The notes under the pieces were generated by a model that worked only from the letters and a program-made list of their open reading frames with translations, made no database searches and was not told the origin of the DNA. 64,000 nucleotides of DNA from an uncultured Rickettsiales bacterium (GTDB lineage: Bacteria; Pseudomonadota; Alphaproteobacteria; Rickettsiales; SXRF01): assembly GCA_964518725.1 (NCBI GenBank), contig CAZFKP010000015.1, forward strand, positions 1,450-65,449, in the 5' to 3' direction. The first letter of the stretch is position 1. Each line of letters begins with the position of its first letter. The position numbers and the translations under genes were made by a program. Of this stretch, positions 8,584 to 19,769 are shown piece by piece.

Positions 8584-9951
8584 TTAGAGATACCCCTTCA
8601 CCGCCCGGCTTGCAACTATTTTCCCGTTTTCGGCGAAGGCCTCGTGGTTTTCATCAATCTCATCGAGCTTGTAATAATAGTTGGCCATCATGCCTGCCGA
8701 CTGTTTCAACCCCTTGGCGGAGGTGTCACCCAGCCAGTTGAGCCGCTCCAGCCGCGCCCCGTTGAACAGGTGGAAATTGGCGACCGGGTCGAGCGGGCGG
8801 CTGTGCTTCTTTTCTTTGAGCAGGTAATGGGCGCAGAGCTTGATCAACAGAGGCTTTAGCTTCTCAGCCTGTTTTGCATCCTTGTGCCAGTCCCCATCCA
8901 GCTGTTTGAGCTTCGCCACATCTTCTTTGCCCAGAAGGTCGGAGGCGCCTTTTTCGATCAGCGGGTCGAGCCATGCGCGGAACCCCGGCACCGGCGAGAG
9001 GGTGGCGTAGGTTTTGATATTTTTCATTTCACTTGAGAGTTTTTCCACCACCCGCTTAATCAGGAAGTTGCCGAAGCTGATGCCGGAGAGCCCCTTTTGC
9101 GCGTTGGAAATGGAATAGAAAATGGCCGTATCGGCTTCGCTGATATCGCCGGTGGCGGCTTTCTCGTCGAGCAGTTTCTGCACATTGTCGCTCATGCCGG
9201 AGACGAGTGCGACGTGCACAAAAATTAGCGGCTCGGCAGGCATTTTGTGATGGAAGAAAGCGAACACGCGGCGATCGGCATCGAGGCGATTTTTCAAATC
9301 CTCCCACGACGATACGCGGTGCACCGCCTCATACTCGATCAGTTTTTCCAGAATCGCCGCAGGTGAATCCCATGAAATTTCCACCAGGTCGAGCAGCGCC
9401 ACATCGAACCAGCTTGAAAGTATTTGTTTCAGGTCGAATTCCAGCGCTTTGAGCTTCGCATCATTGCCGATGATCGGCAGTAAATCGGCACGCATATTGA
9501 CGAGGAATTTAAACCCATCCGGCAGCGCGGTGAACTGGCGGAGAATGGTACTGCGCGGTGTAGCCAGTGCTTCGCGCATTCCGATTTCCAGCGCCAGCTT
9601 CTCATCGGGCTTGGCGTTGGCGTAGTCCTGCGTGAGTTTGGTGAGTTTTTCGTGGTTCACATCAAAATCACCTGCCAGCATGGCCAGGAATTTCTTTCGC
9701 CCGGCCTCGTTCAATCCCAGGTAAATGCGGCCAAGCTCGGCGGTGTTGGCGCGTGCCGTCACCTCGCCGCCCGGCGAATCAAGGCAGAGCATCATCCGCT
9801 TGCGAAGCTCATCCTCATCTTCTTTCGGCAGGTTCGGGCGAATCTCGCTGGAAAAGACGTGAAACGCTGTGCCTTTCACCTCTTGCCAGGTGCGAAGCAG
9901 GCTCGCAACGGTTTTGCGGCGGAGATGGGTGATGCTGGATGATTCACTCAT
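8584..9951 (-). CDS. Malonyl-CoA decarboxylase family protein
   Basis: GFKFLVNMRADLL, WEDLKNRLDADRRVFAFFHHKMPAEPLIFVHVAL, FYSISNAQKGLSGISFGNFLIKRVV, CAHYLL, DPVANFHLFNGA: MCD family signatures. Confidence 0.88.
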   Translation of the reverse strand: MSESSSITHLRRKTVASLLRTWQEVKGTAFHVFSSEIRPNLPKEDEDELRKRMMLCLDSPGGEVTARANTAELGRIYLGLNEAGRKKFLAMLAGDFDVNHEKLTKLTQDYANAKPDEKLALEIGMREALATPRSTILRQFTALPDGFKFLVNMRADLLPIIGNDAKLKALEFDLKQILSSWFDVALLDLVEISWDSPAAILEKLIEYEAVHRVSSWEDLKNRLDADRRVFAFFHHKMPAEPLIFVHVALVSGMSDNVQKLLDEKAATGDISEADTAIFYSISNAQKGLSGISFGNFLIKRVVEKLSSEMKNIKTYATLSPVPGFRAWLDPLIEKGASDLLGKEDVAKLKQLDGDWHKDAKQAEKLKPLLIKLCAHYLLKEKKHSRPLDPVANFHLFNGARLERLNWLGDTSAKGLKQSAGMMANYYYKLDEIDENHEAFAENGKIVASRAVKGYL

Positions 9952-10013
9952 ACCTTACTCATACGCAAAGATATGTGCGACGTCATTGGATTTTTTTGCA
10001 TGGGCAGCCTGCG

Positions 10014-10521
10014 CTAACGGGTGGGCGGCAACGGCGTTTCCGGATCAGCCGATGGGCGGAGGTGCGCCCGTGCATCATAGGCCGCAAGCCCGGTTTCCCG
10101 GAAAGTGAGTCGGATGGCGCTCAGCGCCTCGTTGATGTCCACCGACGCTCCGGTCTGGATGGAAATGCAGATATGGCGATTTTTTTTTGGGATCGTTATC
10201 TACCATGCCAAGCTCATTGACATTGACTGCTTCGATACGCGAAATCCCGGCGCGCTCCAGCGTCTCCATTTCATGTGGGTAAGGGCCTTCACCCCCGGCC
10301 TTCATGGCATTGAATTGTTTGGCAATCAGCAGGTTTTCTTCGTCGCAATCGAGCACATATTCCAGTTTGCCAGAATGATAGGCCGGATCGTCCTGTAGCA
10401 GGTTAAGGACGGAGACAATCCCGCAATTAATAATATTTTTTCCATGTTGTTTCCCAGGGGCATTGTGGCGGACGGAATGTACAAACGGCGTTGAGCAGGC
10501 GCGGATGCTGCATCCCATCAT
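10014..10521 (-). CDS. Hypothetical protein, frame interrupted at an A9 tract (frame 0 ORF is 10075..10620)
   Basis: Open frame with plausible protein before and after an A9 homopolymer (10180..10188 as T9 on + strand); see findings. Confidence 0.5.
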
Positions 10522-10728
10522 GTCGTGATCCAATGGCGTAATATTGTTGTCCACCCGCTTATCACCCCCCTGAAATTGCTTGTTGCAACAGGCTACAAGC
10601 CATAATAAAGATACACCCATAATCTTGTTAATCTGTTAATATATCAGCCTAAAACGCCTGTTTTCTGGCTGAAATTGGCAAATAATCCCCCGTGAAGCTG
10701 GGTTTTAATCGCCAACCAATGAGGTGCA

Positions 10729-11748
10729 GTGAAGCGTCTTTATCTCCATATCGGTACAGAAAAAACCGGCACGACCAGCCTGCAAAATTTTCTGTTGGCC
10801 AATGAAAATGCGCTCAACGAGGTCGGTTTTTCCTATTTATGCGGGGATGACAAACCTTATTTTTACCAGTTGACCCATTTGCCGCTCATCGCATCCCTGC
10901 TCGGCGTTAAAAACTCGCATTTTCCCGAGCAGCGCCATCCTGCTGAAACCATACTGCAATGCCTGAAGGATGATCTGGCGGCAAGCGACAAGGATATCAT
11001 CCTGTCGTCCGAAGAATTTTCCACCCGTATTCATGACAAACAATCGCTTGCCAAATTACGCGAGGTCGCGGGGGAACGTGAGGTTTATATCGTATGTTAC
11101 ATACGCCCTCAGGATGAGCTGGCGATTTCTTCCTATAGCACCAACGTGCTCTATGGCCGCACGGCGCCATTCAGCTCCGATGATGTCGTTTTCGAAAACC
11201 GCTATTTCAACTATGCCGCCTTGCTGGGGCCATGGGCCTCAATGTTTGGCTCGGACAGGTTGATCGTTCGGAATTATCAGCGTTCCGCGCTGGTCAAAGG
11301 CGATATATGCCAAGATTTTCTGGGCGTATTGGGTATCGAGGATATGACGGCGTTTGCTCCCGTTTGTGAGTGGAACGCCTCTCTCGATGTGCGGCAAGTG
11401 GAGGTGTTGAGGCTATTCAACATGTATATGCCCCCCACTTCAAGCCCGTCCGCCTACAAAGAAGCGCAAAATATGCGCCTCTGTCTGTCACGTTACTTGC
11501 CACGGGGAGAGCCTTTGCAGCAAATCCTCTCAACCGAGGAACGCAAAGCCATCCTCGCCGAATTTGTGGAGGCCAACCGGGAGGTGGAGCGCCGTTATAT
11601 GACTCCCGGCGCTCTGGCCGGCTGGAACGGCGAATCCGTGCTCGGCCTGCCGAGTCAGCCTCTCCATCCCGTAGATATGAATGATCTGTGCGAGACGATC
11701 AAGCTGCTGACGGAAAAGCTCATGGCGCTCGAAAATTCTAAAGAGTAA
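10729..11748 (+). CDS. Sulfotransferase-like protein
   Basis: N-terminal MKRLYLHIGTEKTGTTSLQNFLLAN is a PAPS-binding 5'-PSB-like motif (KTGTTS). Confidence 0.7.
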   Translation: MKRLYLHIGTEKTGTTSLQNFLLANENALNEVGFSYLCGDDKPYFYQLTHLPLIASLLGVKNSHFPEQRHPAETILQCLKDDLAASDKDIILSSEEFSTRIHDKQSLAKLREVAGEREVYIVCYIRPQDELAISSYSTNVLYGRTAPFSSDDVVFENRYFNYAALLGPWASMFGSDRLIVRNYQRSALVKGDICQDFLGVLGIEDMTAFAPVCEWNASLDVRQVEVLRLFNMYMPPTSSPSAYKEAQNMRLCLSRYLPRGEPLQQILSTEERKAILAEFVEANREVERRYMTPGALAGWNGESVLGLPSQPLHPVDMNDLCETIKLLTEKLMALENSKE

Positions 11749-11833
11749 CCACGCCGCCCTATCCGCTTAATTGCTCGACAAAACAGCTCTTATCCCATAA
11801 AAAGCGTATTCACTTTAATCCCAAGGTTTTTCT

Positions 11834-13042
11834 ATGTCGCAAAAAATTAAAAAAGTCGTGCTCGCCTATTCGGGCGGCCTTGATACTTCCATCATCCTAC
11901 GCTGGCTGCAGGAGCAGTATGGCTGCGAAGTCGTGACCTTCACCGCCGACCTCGGCCAGGGCGAGGAAATTGAACCCGCTCGCGCCAAAGCCAAGATGAT
12001 GGGCGCGAAGGAAATCTATATCGAAGACCTGCGCGAGGAATTCGTGCGCGATTTCGTGTTCCCGATGTTTCGCGCCAATGCGCTGTATGAAGGTGTGTAT
12101 TTGCTCGGCACGTCGATCGCCCGCCCGCTCATTTCCAAACGCCAGATCGAGATTGCGAAAGAAACCGGCGCCGATGCGGTCGCCCACGGCGCCACCGGCA
12201 AAGGCAACGACCAGGTGCGGTTCGAGCTCGGCTATTATGGCCTGAATCCTGATATTAAAGTGATCGCCCCGTGGCGCGAATGGGATTTGACCTCGCGCAC
12301 GAAACTCATCGAATATGCCGAGAAGCACCAGATTCCGATCGCGAAAGACAAGCGCGGCGAAGCCCCCTACTCTACCGACGCGAACCTGTTGCATATTTCC
12401 TACGAAGGCAAGGTGCTGGAAGATCCGTGGGTGGCGCCGCATGAGGATATGTTCACGCGTTCGGTATCGCCGGAAAAGGCGCCCGATAAGCCTGAATTCA
12501 TCGAAGTAGAATTTAAGAATGGCGATGCAGTAGGCGTGAATGGCGAAAAACTTTCCCCTGCCATGCTACTCACCAAACTCAACGAACTCGGTGGCAAGCA
12601 CGGCATTGGGCGGCTCGACCTGGTTGAAAACCGCTATGTCGGCATGAAATCGCGTGGCGTATACGAAACGCCCGGCGGCACAATTTTACTCGCGGCCCAT
12701 CGCGGTATTGAAAGTATTACGTTAGACCGTGGCGCCATGCATCTGAAAGACGAGATGATGCCGCGCTACGCCGAGCTGATTTATAACGGCTATTGGTGGT
12801 CGCCGGAGCGCAAAATGCTGCAGGCGCTTATCGACGAATCGCAACGCAATGTCGAGGGCATCGTGCGGCTGAAACTGTTTAAAGGCAGCGTGAGTGTCGA
12901 TGGCCGTAAATCCACCAAATCGCTCTATTCCGAAAAACACGTGACCTTTGAGGACGACGCAGGCGCCTACGACCAGAAAGACGCGGCTGGATTCATCAAG
13001 CTCAACGCGCTCCGGCTACGGCTTTTGGGGCGGCAGGGTTAA
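11834..13042 (+). CDS. argG: Argininosuccinate synthase
   Basis: [22 protein letters not shown]; [16 protein letters not shown]; C-terminal [18 protein letters not shown]. Confidence 0.97.
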   Translation: MSQKIKKVVLAYSGGLDTSIILRWLQEQYGCEVVTFTADLGQGEEIEPARAKAKMMGAKEIYIEDLREEFVRDFVFPMFRANALYEGVYLLGTSIARPLISKRQIEIAKETGADAVAHGATGKGNDQVRFELGYYGLNPDIKVIAPWREWDLTSRTKLIEYAEKHQIPIAKDKRGEAPYSTDANLLHISYEGKVLEDPWVAPHEDMFTRSVSPEKAPDKPEFIEVEFKNGDAVGVNGEKLSPAMLLTKLNELGGKHGIGRLDLVENRYVGMKSRGVYETPGGTILLAAHRGIESITLDRGAMHLKDEMMPRYAELIYNGYWWSPERKMLQALIDESQRNVEGIVRLKLFKGSVSVDGRKSTKSLYSEKHVTFEDDAGAYDQKDAAGFIKLNALRLRLLGRQG

Positions 13043-14609
13043 ACACCATCCCCCAGTAATCCATCCCCAGCCGTAGGATAAAATCGCCTTTGGGGATGTT
13101 GAGTAACATCCGCCCGCTGATCGGCTCGACGGTGATGGCCAGCGGCGCTTTATTCAGCGTCGCCTGCCAGATGGGGTAATAGAAATGTTCCAGCCGCAGC
13201 GTGCCCGCCTTATCGGCATGGCCGGAAACAATAATCCCCGCCGCATTCCATTGCGCCACGTTGAGCGCACCGCTTCCCGCCACCCACTCAGCTTGCCGGC
13301 GCCCCGGCCTGTCGATAAAATCATGGTAGAAATGTTGTTTATCGGTGCCGTATTTCGTGTCGGTGTCTTTGGTGTTAAAGTAACGGATGATGTACTGGTC
13401 GGCGATGGCTTTCTCGTGATTCCCACGCGTATCCTGCGATACGCCGCCATAATAAAACAGCCCGGAAAATACAAAAAACATCAGCGCGATCAACGCATCG
13501 CCCTGCGCGGTTTTCCGGTGCCGCCAGACATGCTCGGCCATCACCGCGCCGATCAACACCATCGCCAGCGCAATCAGCGACGGCATCCGCCACGGCGTCG
13601 TGACCCCGGAAACCTGCCTCACCACCCACCAGAGCGGCTCGCTCACCGATAGCGTCATGAATCCGGCGATGGCGGCAATCGCAAGCCATCCCATGCATTC
13701 GCGCCGCGCATCGGTATCTGTAATTGTTCCGCGCTTGAATAAAAACAATGCGAATATTGTGATAGCGGCCAGCAGGCTGATGCCAAGGCCGATCAGCGCC
13801 CACTGGTGGTCACGGTAAACTTGCGGCTGGTTGAGATAGCTGTTGACCCAGCTTAATTGCCAGTGCGCGGGTCCGCCCATGCGCTGGTTGAGTGTCGGCT
13901 CCAGAAGCTTCATCGGCAGGTAATGGAACAGCCCGATCATCGCCGCCAGCGCGCACGCAATGCCAAGTTCAAGCAAGCTCTTCATTCGCGTGCGACTGAA
14001 GAACAGGACAAATAATCCGGCGCCCATCAGCCCGATCAGCGTCACCGGCGCATGACAGAACATGCACAGCGTAATCACAAGTGCTAGCTTTGGCCAGTGC
14101 CGCCATGGCTGTTCGCAGAGCTGGCGCAGGTAATAAAATAGCAACGGCAGCAGCGCGACACAACAATATTCAGCGTAGGAACTGCGGGTGTGCAGTTCGG
14201 CACGGTAGCCCGACCACAAAAACACGAATGCTGCAAACGCGGCAATCGGAAAACGCACCCGCCCGCCAAGCCACCGCACGCATCCCGCAAACGCTACCGC
14301 GTTGGCAACAAAAACACCCGCGAGATATTGCTGCGGCACGGCGAGGCCAAGCGGGTGGAAAAGCGCCGCGACATAAAACGGCAACGGAAAATAAAAAATC
14401 GGCGCGGGCGAACCCATGCCGCCATTAGCATCCATGCACCAGCGCGGATAAACGATACCCGACCACAGCTGTTTTGAAAAACAATCAATCTGCGCGTAAT
14501 TCATCACCGAGTCGCCCTCCGGTGACACCAGCAATAACGGCAGGAGGTTGAGTGCTGCGGCCAGTAGCGCAAGCCATGCCAGCCACGTCGATTGGCCAGC
14601 GCGCAACAT
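13002..14609 (-). CDS. Polytopic membrane protein (YfhO / 6-pyruvoyl-tetrahydropterin synthase-related membrane protein type)
   Basis: Multiple TM segments, [18 protein letters not shown]; start ATG at 14609 overlaps metC stop. Confidence 0.6.
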   Translation of the reverse strand: MLRAGQSTWLAWLALLAAALNLLPLLLVSPEGDSVMNYAQIDCFSKQLWSGIVYPRWCMDANGGMGSPAPIFYFPLPFYVAALFHPLGLAVPQQYLAGVFVANAVAFAGCVRWLGGRVRFPIAAFAAFVFLWSGYRAELHTRSSYAEYCCVALLPLLFYYLRQLCEQPWRHWPKLALVITLCMFCHAPVTLIGLMGAGLFVLFFSRTRMKSLLELGIACALAAMIGLFHYLPMKLLEPTLNQRMGGPAHWQLSWVNSYLNQPQVYRDHQWALIGLGISLLAAITIFALFLFKRGTITDTDARRECMGWLAIAAIAGFMTLSVSEPLWWVVRQVSGVTTPWRMPSLIALAMVLIGAVMAEHVWRHRKTAQGDALIALMFFVFSGLFYYGGVSQDTRGNHEKAIADQYIIRYFNTKDTDTKYGTDKQHFYHDFIDRPGRRQAEWVAGSGALNVAQWNAAGIIVSGHADKAGTLRLEHFYYPIWQATLNKAPLAITVEPISGRMLLNIPKGDFILRLGMDYWGMVFNPAAPKAVAGAR

Positions 14610-15775
14610 CAGGCGGAAAGCCTTGTCAGCCCGGCTTCCAGATCGGCGATGATGTCGTCTACATGCTCCAGCCCGACATGGATGCGGATCAGCGTGCCGG
14701 GGTATTTCCACGTGGTCGCAGTGCGCGATTTCTCGATCTGCACCGGCACCATCAGGCTTTCATAGCCGCCCCAGCTATAGCCCATGCCGAAAATCTCCAT
14801 GCTATCGAACATTGCCGCGATCTTACGGTCGTTGGTTTCTGTGAGCACGAAACCGAACAGGCTCGACGCGCCGAGGAAATCGCGTTTCCAGATGTCATGC
14901 CCCGGTGCGCCGGGCAACGCCGGATACAGCACCTCATGCACTTCCGGGCGGGTTTTCAGCCACTGCGCCACTTTCATGGCGTTCTCATAGTGGCGCGACA
15001 GGCGCACGGCCAGTGAGCGCAGGCCGCGCAGCGCCAGGAAGCAATTATCGCCTGACGGCGTCATGCCGAGGTTTTTATAAGTCTGGGCAATGCGCTTATA
15101 GTGTTCGCCGTTGCAGGTAATCACGCCCATGACCAGATCCGAGTGGCCGGAAATATATTTGGTGGCTGACTGGATATTGATATCGACACCCTTCTCGAAC
15201 GCCCGGAAATAGAGCGACGCGCCCCACGTGGAATCGGACACCAGCAGCACGTTTTTCGCATGTGCCGCCTTGGCAATCGCCGGGATATCCTGCATCTCGA
15301 ACGAGAGCGAGCCGGGGCTTTCAACAAATACCATGCGCGTATTATCCTTGATAAGCGCGTCAATCTTTGCCCCCACCAGCGGGTCGTAATATTCCACCTG
15401 CACGCCGAGCCGCGACAAATCCATATCGCAGAAACGCCGCGTCGATCCATAGACGTTATCGGGAATCAGCACATGGTCGCCCGCCCGCAAATAGGCGAGC
15501 AGTACCACCACAATCGCCGCTAAACCTGAGGAGGTGACAATCGCTTTCTCAGCATTATCCACCTCAGCCAGCGCTTCCTCCAGCGCCATGGTTGACGGTG
15601 TGCCGTAACGCCCGTAAATCGGGGTCGGCCAGACGCCGTTATCGGCGGCCATGAAGGAATCATAGGTCGGGAACAAAATGGTTGAGGCGCGGTAAATCGG
15701 CAGGTTCACCACGCCATGGTGATCTTCCGGCGAGGAGCCAAGCGTAGCCAGCAATGTTTCTTTTTTCATGGTCAT
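14609..15775 (-). CDS. metC: Cystathionine beta-lyase (Cys/Met PLP-dependent family)
   Basis: YGRYGTPSTMALEEALAEVDNAEKAIVTSSGLAAI; SATKYISGHSDLVMG PLP lysine motif; YSWGGYESL. Confidence 0.92.
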   Translation of the reverse strand: MTMKKETLLATLGSSPEDHHGVVNLPIYRASTILFPTYDSFMAADNGVWPTPIYGRYGTPSTMALEEALAEVDNAEKAIVTSSGLAAIVVVLLAYLRAGDHVLIPDNVYGSTRRFCDMDLSRLGVQVEYYDPLVGAKIDALIKDNTRMVFVESPGSLSFEMQDIPAIAKAAHAKNVLLVSDSTWGASLYFRAFEKGVDINIQSATKYISGHSDLVMGVITCNGEHYKRIAQTYKNLGMTPSGDNCFLALRGLRSLAVRLSRHYENAMKVAQWLKTRPEVHEVLYPALPGAPGHDIWKRDFLGASSLFGFVLTETNDRKIAAMFDSMEIFGMGYSWGGYESLMVPVQIEKSRTATTWKYPGTLIRIHVGLEHVDDIIADLEAGLTRLSA

Positions 15776-15780
15776 TCTTC

Positions 15781-16269
15781 CTAAAACTCTCTCCCCGAAT
15801 ATCCGACAACAATATGGGTAATACCTTTCGCCTCATTGCCGAACGGCATGAAGCATGCGCGGTACTTTACCAGCTTCCCGCGCCCATTTACAAACTGGTT
15901 CTCATCAATCATGAATGTTTTTTCCAACATGATGCCGTCGAGCTTCTTGATCATGATGTTGAGCGGGTATTCGCTCACATGCACGTTCACCATCTGACTC
16001 GTCAGGTCGCGCCCATACATTTTGATGAGCTGCTCGCCCATGAACAGGTAATTATAGCTATAGCCGCCCTGCGTGTGGAAGGTGCCGAACTTAATGCATT
16101 GCTGCCACATATCGTCAATGGTCGCAGGGTTAAGCTGCTGAATCTCCGGCATTGGCTTACCCCGGCGGATAAGCTCCCAGTAGTTTTGCAGCCGGGTGAC
16201 GAGGCGCTGATCTTGCATAAATGCTTGAGTTTCTATGATTAAAGAAGTAAACAACTCCTCCTTTAACAA
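15781..16269 (-). CDS. Small PAS-domain protein (PAS_5-like)
   Basis: LQNYWELIRRGKPMPEIQQLNPATIDDMWQQC ... FTFMIDE..VKYRACFMPFGN: PAS_5-like architecture. Confidence 0.55.
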   Translation of the reverse strand: MLKEELFTSLIIETQAFMQDQRLVTRLQNYWELIRRGKPMPEIQQLNPATIDDMWQQCIKFGTFHTQGGYSYNYLFMGEQLIKMYGRDLTSQMVNVHVSEYPLNIMIKKLDGIMLEKTFMIDENQFVNGRGKLVKYRACFMPFGNEAKGITHIVVGYSGREF

Positions 16270-16294
16270 TAATATAGTTGCCCTGTCCAGACTT

Positions 16295-19200
16295 ATGAAA
16301 CACTACCCAGAACCACAGCAAAACCCCGATTTCCCGGCCATTGAAAAAAACATCCTCGATTTCTGGCAGCGTGATGGCATTTTCCAGAAGTCCCTCGACC
16401 AGCGCGGAAGCGAGTTCGTGTTCTACGATGGTCCGCCGTTTGCCAACGGCCTGCCGCATTACGGCCATTTGCTCACCGGCTATGTCAAAGACGTATTCGC
16501 CCGCTATCAAACCATGCGCGGCAAAAAAGTCGACCGCCGCTTCGGATGGGATTGCCACGGCCTGCCCGCCGAAATGGGCAGCGAGAAAGAGCTGGGCATT
16601 TCAGGCCGCGCCGCCATCACCAATTTCGGTATCGGTAAATTCAACGAGCATTGTCGCACCAGCGTGATGAAATACACACAGGAATGGGAACATTACGTGA
16701 CCCGTCAGGCACGCTGGGTGGATTTCAAAAACGATTACAAAACCATGGATAGAAATTTCATGGAATCCGTCCTCTGGGCGTTCAAACAGCTGTGGGACAA
16801 AGGCCTCGTCTATGAAGCCTACCGCGTGATGCCCTATTCATGGGCGGCGGAGACGCCGCTTTCGAATTTTGAGACCAAACTCGATAATTCCTACCGTGAG
16901 CGGGAGGATAAGGCGATTACGGTAGCGTTTGAGCTGAAGGAAAAACCAAAAGGCGCGCCGGATGCAGAAAAATATTATGTTCTCGCCTGGACGACCACTC
17001 CTTGGACATTGCCGAGCAATCTGGCGTTGGCGGTGGGGAAGGATGTAAAATATTTGTCTGCTATAGGTGCGGATGGGAATTGCTACATTTTTTCTTCTAA
17101 AGCATTTAGTTCTGTTGGTTCTGTTTTAAATTTATCAGCCAAAGTCTTATTTAGTAATGGCGCATCTATTGTAGCTGCGGACGGGAAAGTTATTGCTGCT
17201 TCTGTTATGAACAGTCCTGAAGCTGTACTGACAGAGAGCTATGAAAATCTCTGGGAGATAGAAGTCAATAATCTGATCGGCCTCTCCTATCACCCCCTCT
17301 TCCCCTATTTCGCTTCCCACAAGCACTCTTTCAAGATTCTCGACGGCTCGTCATTCGTCACCGATGGCGATGGTACGGGCATTGTGCATATGGCGCCGGG
17401 CTTCGGTGAGGAAGATCAGAAATGCTGCGAAGCAAATGGCATCGAAGTGGTTGTGCCTGTGGATGGGCAGGGGAAATATGTGGGACTAGAACAAGAACCA
17501 TCTTTTGGTTTTGATGGCGGTCATTTTGACAAAAATAGCTTTTACGTAAACCCAAATAGAATTTACAATATCTCCGACTATAATCACCCTGATCTTCCGC
17601 CCCTAAATTTAGTAGGTCTCAACGTCATTGCCGATAAACGTATAGAAGATAGCGATATTGCTGACTTAGACCCACGCAAAGTAGATAAATTCAAAGAGCA
17701 TGTAGGTAAATTTGGCCTTGCAAACATGCGCATCATTCGCTGGCTGGACAAAAAGAAGGCGCTGATAAAAGAAGAGGTGATTTCTCACAACTACCCGCAT
17801 TGCTGGCGCACCGACCAGCCGCTGATTTACCGGGCGATGCCTTCTTGGTATGTCGAGGTGACGAAATTCCGCGACCGCGCGGTGGAGCTGAACAAACAAA
17901 TCAACTGGATTCCCGAGCATATCCGCGACGGGCAGATGGCGCATATGCTCGCCACCGCACCGGATTGGAGCATCTCGCGCAACCGCTTCTGGGGTACACC
18001 GATTCCGGTATGGCGCGCGCCAAGCGGCAAGATGATTGCGATTGGCAGTATCAAAGAATTAGAAGAACTTTCTGGCCGCAAAGTTGTTGATCTGCACCGT
18101 CCTGTGATCGATGAAATTAAAATTACCAAAGATGGCGAAACCTACACCCGCGTGGAAGACGTGTTCGATTGCTGGTTTGAATCTGGCAGCATGCCGTTCG
18201 CGCAGGTGCACTACCCGTTCGAGAATAAGGAATGGTTTGAGACGCATTTTCCCGCCGATTTCATCACCGAATATGTCGGCCAGACGCGCGGCTGGTTCAA
18301 CACGCTTATCATGCTGAGCACGGCATTATTCGACAAGCCCCCCTTCAAGAACTGCATTTGCCACGGCGTGGTGCTCGATGCCGAAACGGGTCTCAAATAT
18401 TCTAAACGCCTTAAAAATTACAAAGACCCGCTCGAGGTCATCGAGGTATACGGCGCCGATGCGCTGCGCTGGATGATGCTGGCAAGCCCCGTGATGCGCG
18501 GCTCCGACCTGATGGTCGACCCCGACGGCAAATTCATCCGTGACGTCGTGCGCCTCGCCATCAAACCGATCTGGAACGCGTATAATTTCTTCACGCTCTA
18601 TGCGAATGCAGATGGGATTAAAGCGAAGGAAATTGTCACTTCCAATGATGTGATGGATCGCTACATCCGCGCTAAATGTGCGGATGCCGTGGTGAAAATC
18701 GAAGTGGCACTGGATGATTATAACACGCCTGCTGCATGTGACGCGGTGATGATGTTTTTTGAAGTCCTCAACAACTGGTATATCCGCCGCAGCAAGGAGC
18801 GTTTCTGGAAAGAGACCGCTGATGCCGACAAGCAGGCGGCGTATGACACGCTCTATACGGTGCTCGTTGCCATGTGCAAAGCCGCGGCTCCTCTCCTGCC
18901 GCTGACGCTGGAAGAAATTTACAAGAGCCTGACCGGCGAGCTAAGCGTGCATCTGGCGGAGTTTCCTGTTGAGGAAGCTATTGACCCGGATGATGCAGAT
19001 GGCCAGTTGCTGATATGGCAAATGGACGATATACAAAATGTCTGCAATGCGGCGCTTGCCATTAGAAATAGAATCAATATCCGTGTACGTCAGCCACTGG
19101 CTTCAATCACCGTGGTGGGCAGCAAAAATATTGATGGTAAATGGAAATCATTGGTGCAGGACGAAATCAATGTGAAAGATATGATCTGCGAAGATAATAT

Positions 19201-19729
19201 CGATCAATACGCCACCCTCAAACTCTCCATCAATTCCGCCGTACTCGGCAAGCGCCTGCCCGAGAAGATGAAGCAGATACTTCCTGCCTCGAAAAAGGGC
19301 GAATGGAAGCAGGGGGATGGTGCGGTGGAAATCTGCGGTGAGAAGTTGCTTCCCTCTGAATATATACTGCAACTCGAACCAAAACCCGAATATGCCGACC
19401 GCGCACAGGCGCTCTCCACCAATGATGCGCTGGTGATTCTCGATACCACCCTCACCCCCGAACTCGAAGCCGAAGGGTTCGCCCGCGACCTGGTGCGGAT
19501 GGTGCAGCAGGCACGTAAAGACGCAGGCCTCAACGTTTCTGATCGCATCCACCTCGCCGTGGTGGCCAGCGGCAAAACCGCCCCCGCGCTTTCCGCCCAC
19601 AAGGATTACATCGCCGAGCAGACCCTGGCCGCCCAGCTCCAGCAATCGGAACTGGCAGGCGCTGCCTTCACCACCAGCGGCACTATCGAGGGCGATGAGG
19701 TGAAGATTTTTCTTAAAGTCGTCGCCTGA
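16295..19729 (+). CDS. ileS: Isoleucyl-tRNA synthetase
   Basis: DGPPFANGLPHYGHLLTGYVKD (HIGH motif as HYGH), GWDCHGLPAEMGSEKELG, KYSKRLKNYKDP (KMSKS-equivalent), WYIRRSKERFW. Confidence 0.96.
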   Translation: MKHYPEPQQNPDFPAIEKNILDFWQRDGIFQKSLDQRGSEFVFYDGPPFANGLPHYGHLLTGYVKDVFARYQTMRGKKVDRRFGWDCHGLPAEMGSEKELGISGRAAITNFGIGKFNEHCRTSVMKYTQEWEHYVTRQARWVDFKNDYKTMDRNFMESVLWAFKQLWDKGLVYEAYRVMPYSWAAETPLSNFETKLDNSYREREDKAITVAFELKEKPKGAPDAEKYYVLAWTTTPWTLPSNLALAVGKDVKYLSAIGADGNCYIFSSKAFSSVGSVLNLSAKVLFSNGASIVAADGKVIAASVMNSPEAVLTESYENLWEIEVNNLIGLSYHPLFPYFASHKHSFKILDGSSFVTDGDGTGIVHMAPGFGEEDQKCCEANGIEVVVPVDGQGKYVGLEQEPSFGFDGGHFDKNSFYVNPNRIYNISDYNHPDLPPLNLVGLNVIADKRIEDSDIADLDPRKVDKFKEHVGKFGLANMRIIRWLDKKKALIKEEVISHNYPHCWRTDQPLIYRAMPSWYVEVTKFRDRAVELNKQINWIPEHIRDGQMAHMLATAPDWSISRNRFWGTPIPVWRAPSGKMIAIGSIKELEELSGRKVVDLHRPVIDEIKITKDGETYTRVEDVFDCWFESGSMPFAQVHYPFENKEWFETHFPADFITEYVGQTRGWFNTLIMLSTALFDKPPFKNCICHGVVLDAETGLKYSKRLKNYKDPLEVIEVYGADALRWMMLASPVMRGSDLMVDPDGKFIRDVVRLAIKPIWNAYNFFTLYANADGIKAKEIVTSNDVMDRYIRAKCADAVVKIEVALDDYNTPAACDAVMMFFEVLNNWYIRRSKERFWKETADADKQAAYDTLYTVLVAMCKAAAPLLPLTLEEIYKSLTGELSVHLAEFPVEEAIDPDDADGQLLIWQMDDIQNVCNAALAIRNRINIRVRQPLASITVVGSKNIDGKWKSLVQDEINVKDMICEDNIDQYATLKLSINSAVLGKRLPEKMKQILPASKKGEWKQGDGAVEICGEKLLPSEYILQLEPKPEYADRAQALSTNDALVILDTTLTPELEAEGFARDLVRMVQQARKDAGLNVSDRIHLAVVASGKTAPALSAHKDYIAEQTLAAQLQQSELAGAAFTTSGTIEGDEVKIFLKVVA

Positions 19730-19769
19730 CGTTAATAAACTACTTACTATTCCGGATTATAGTCGCGCC

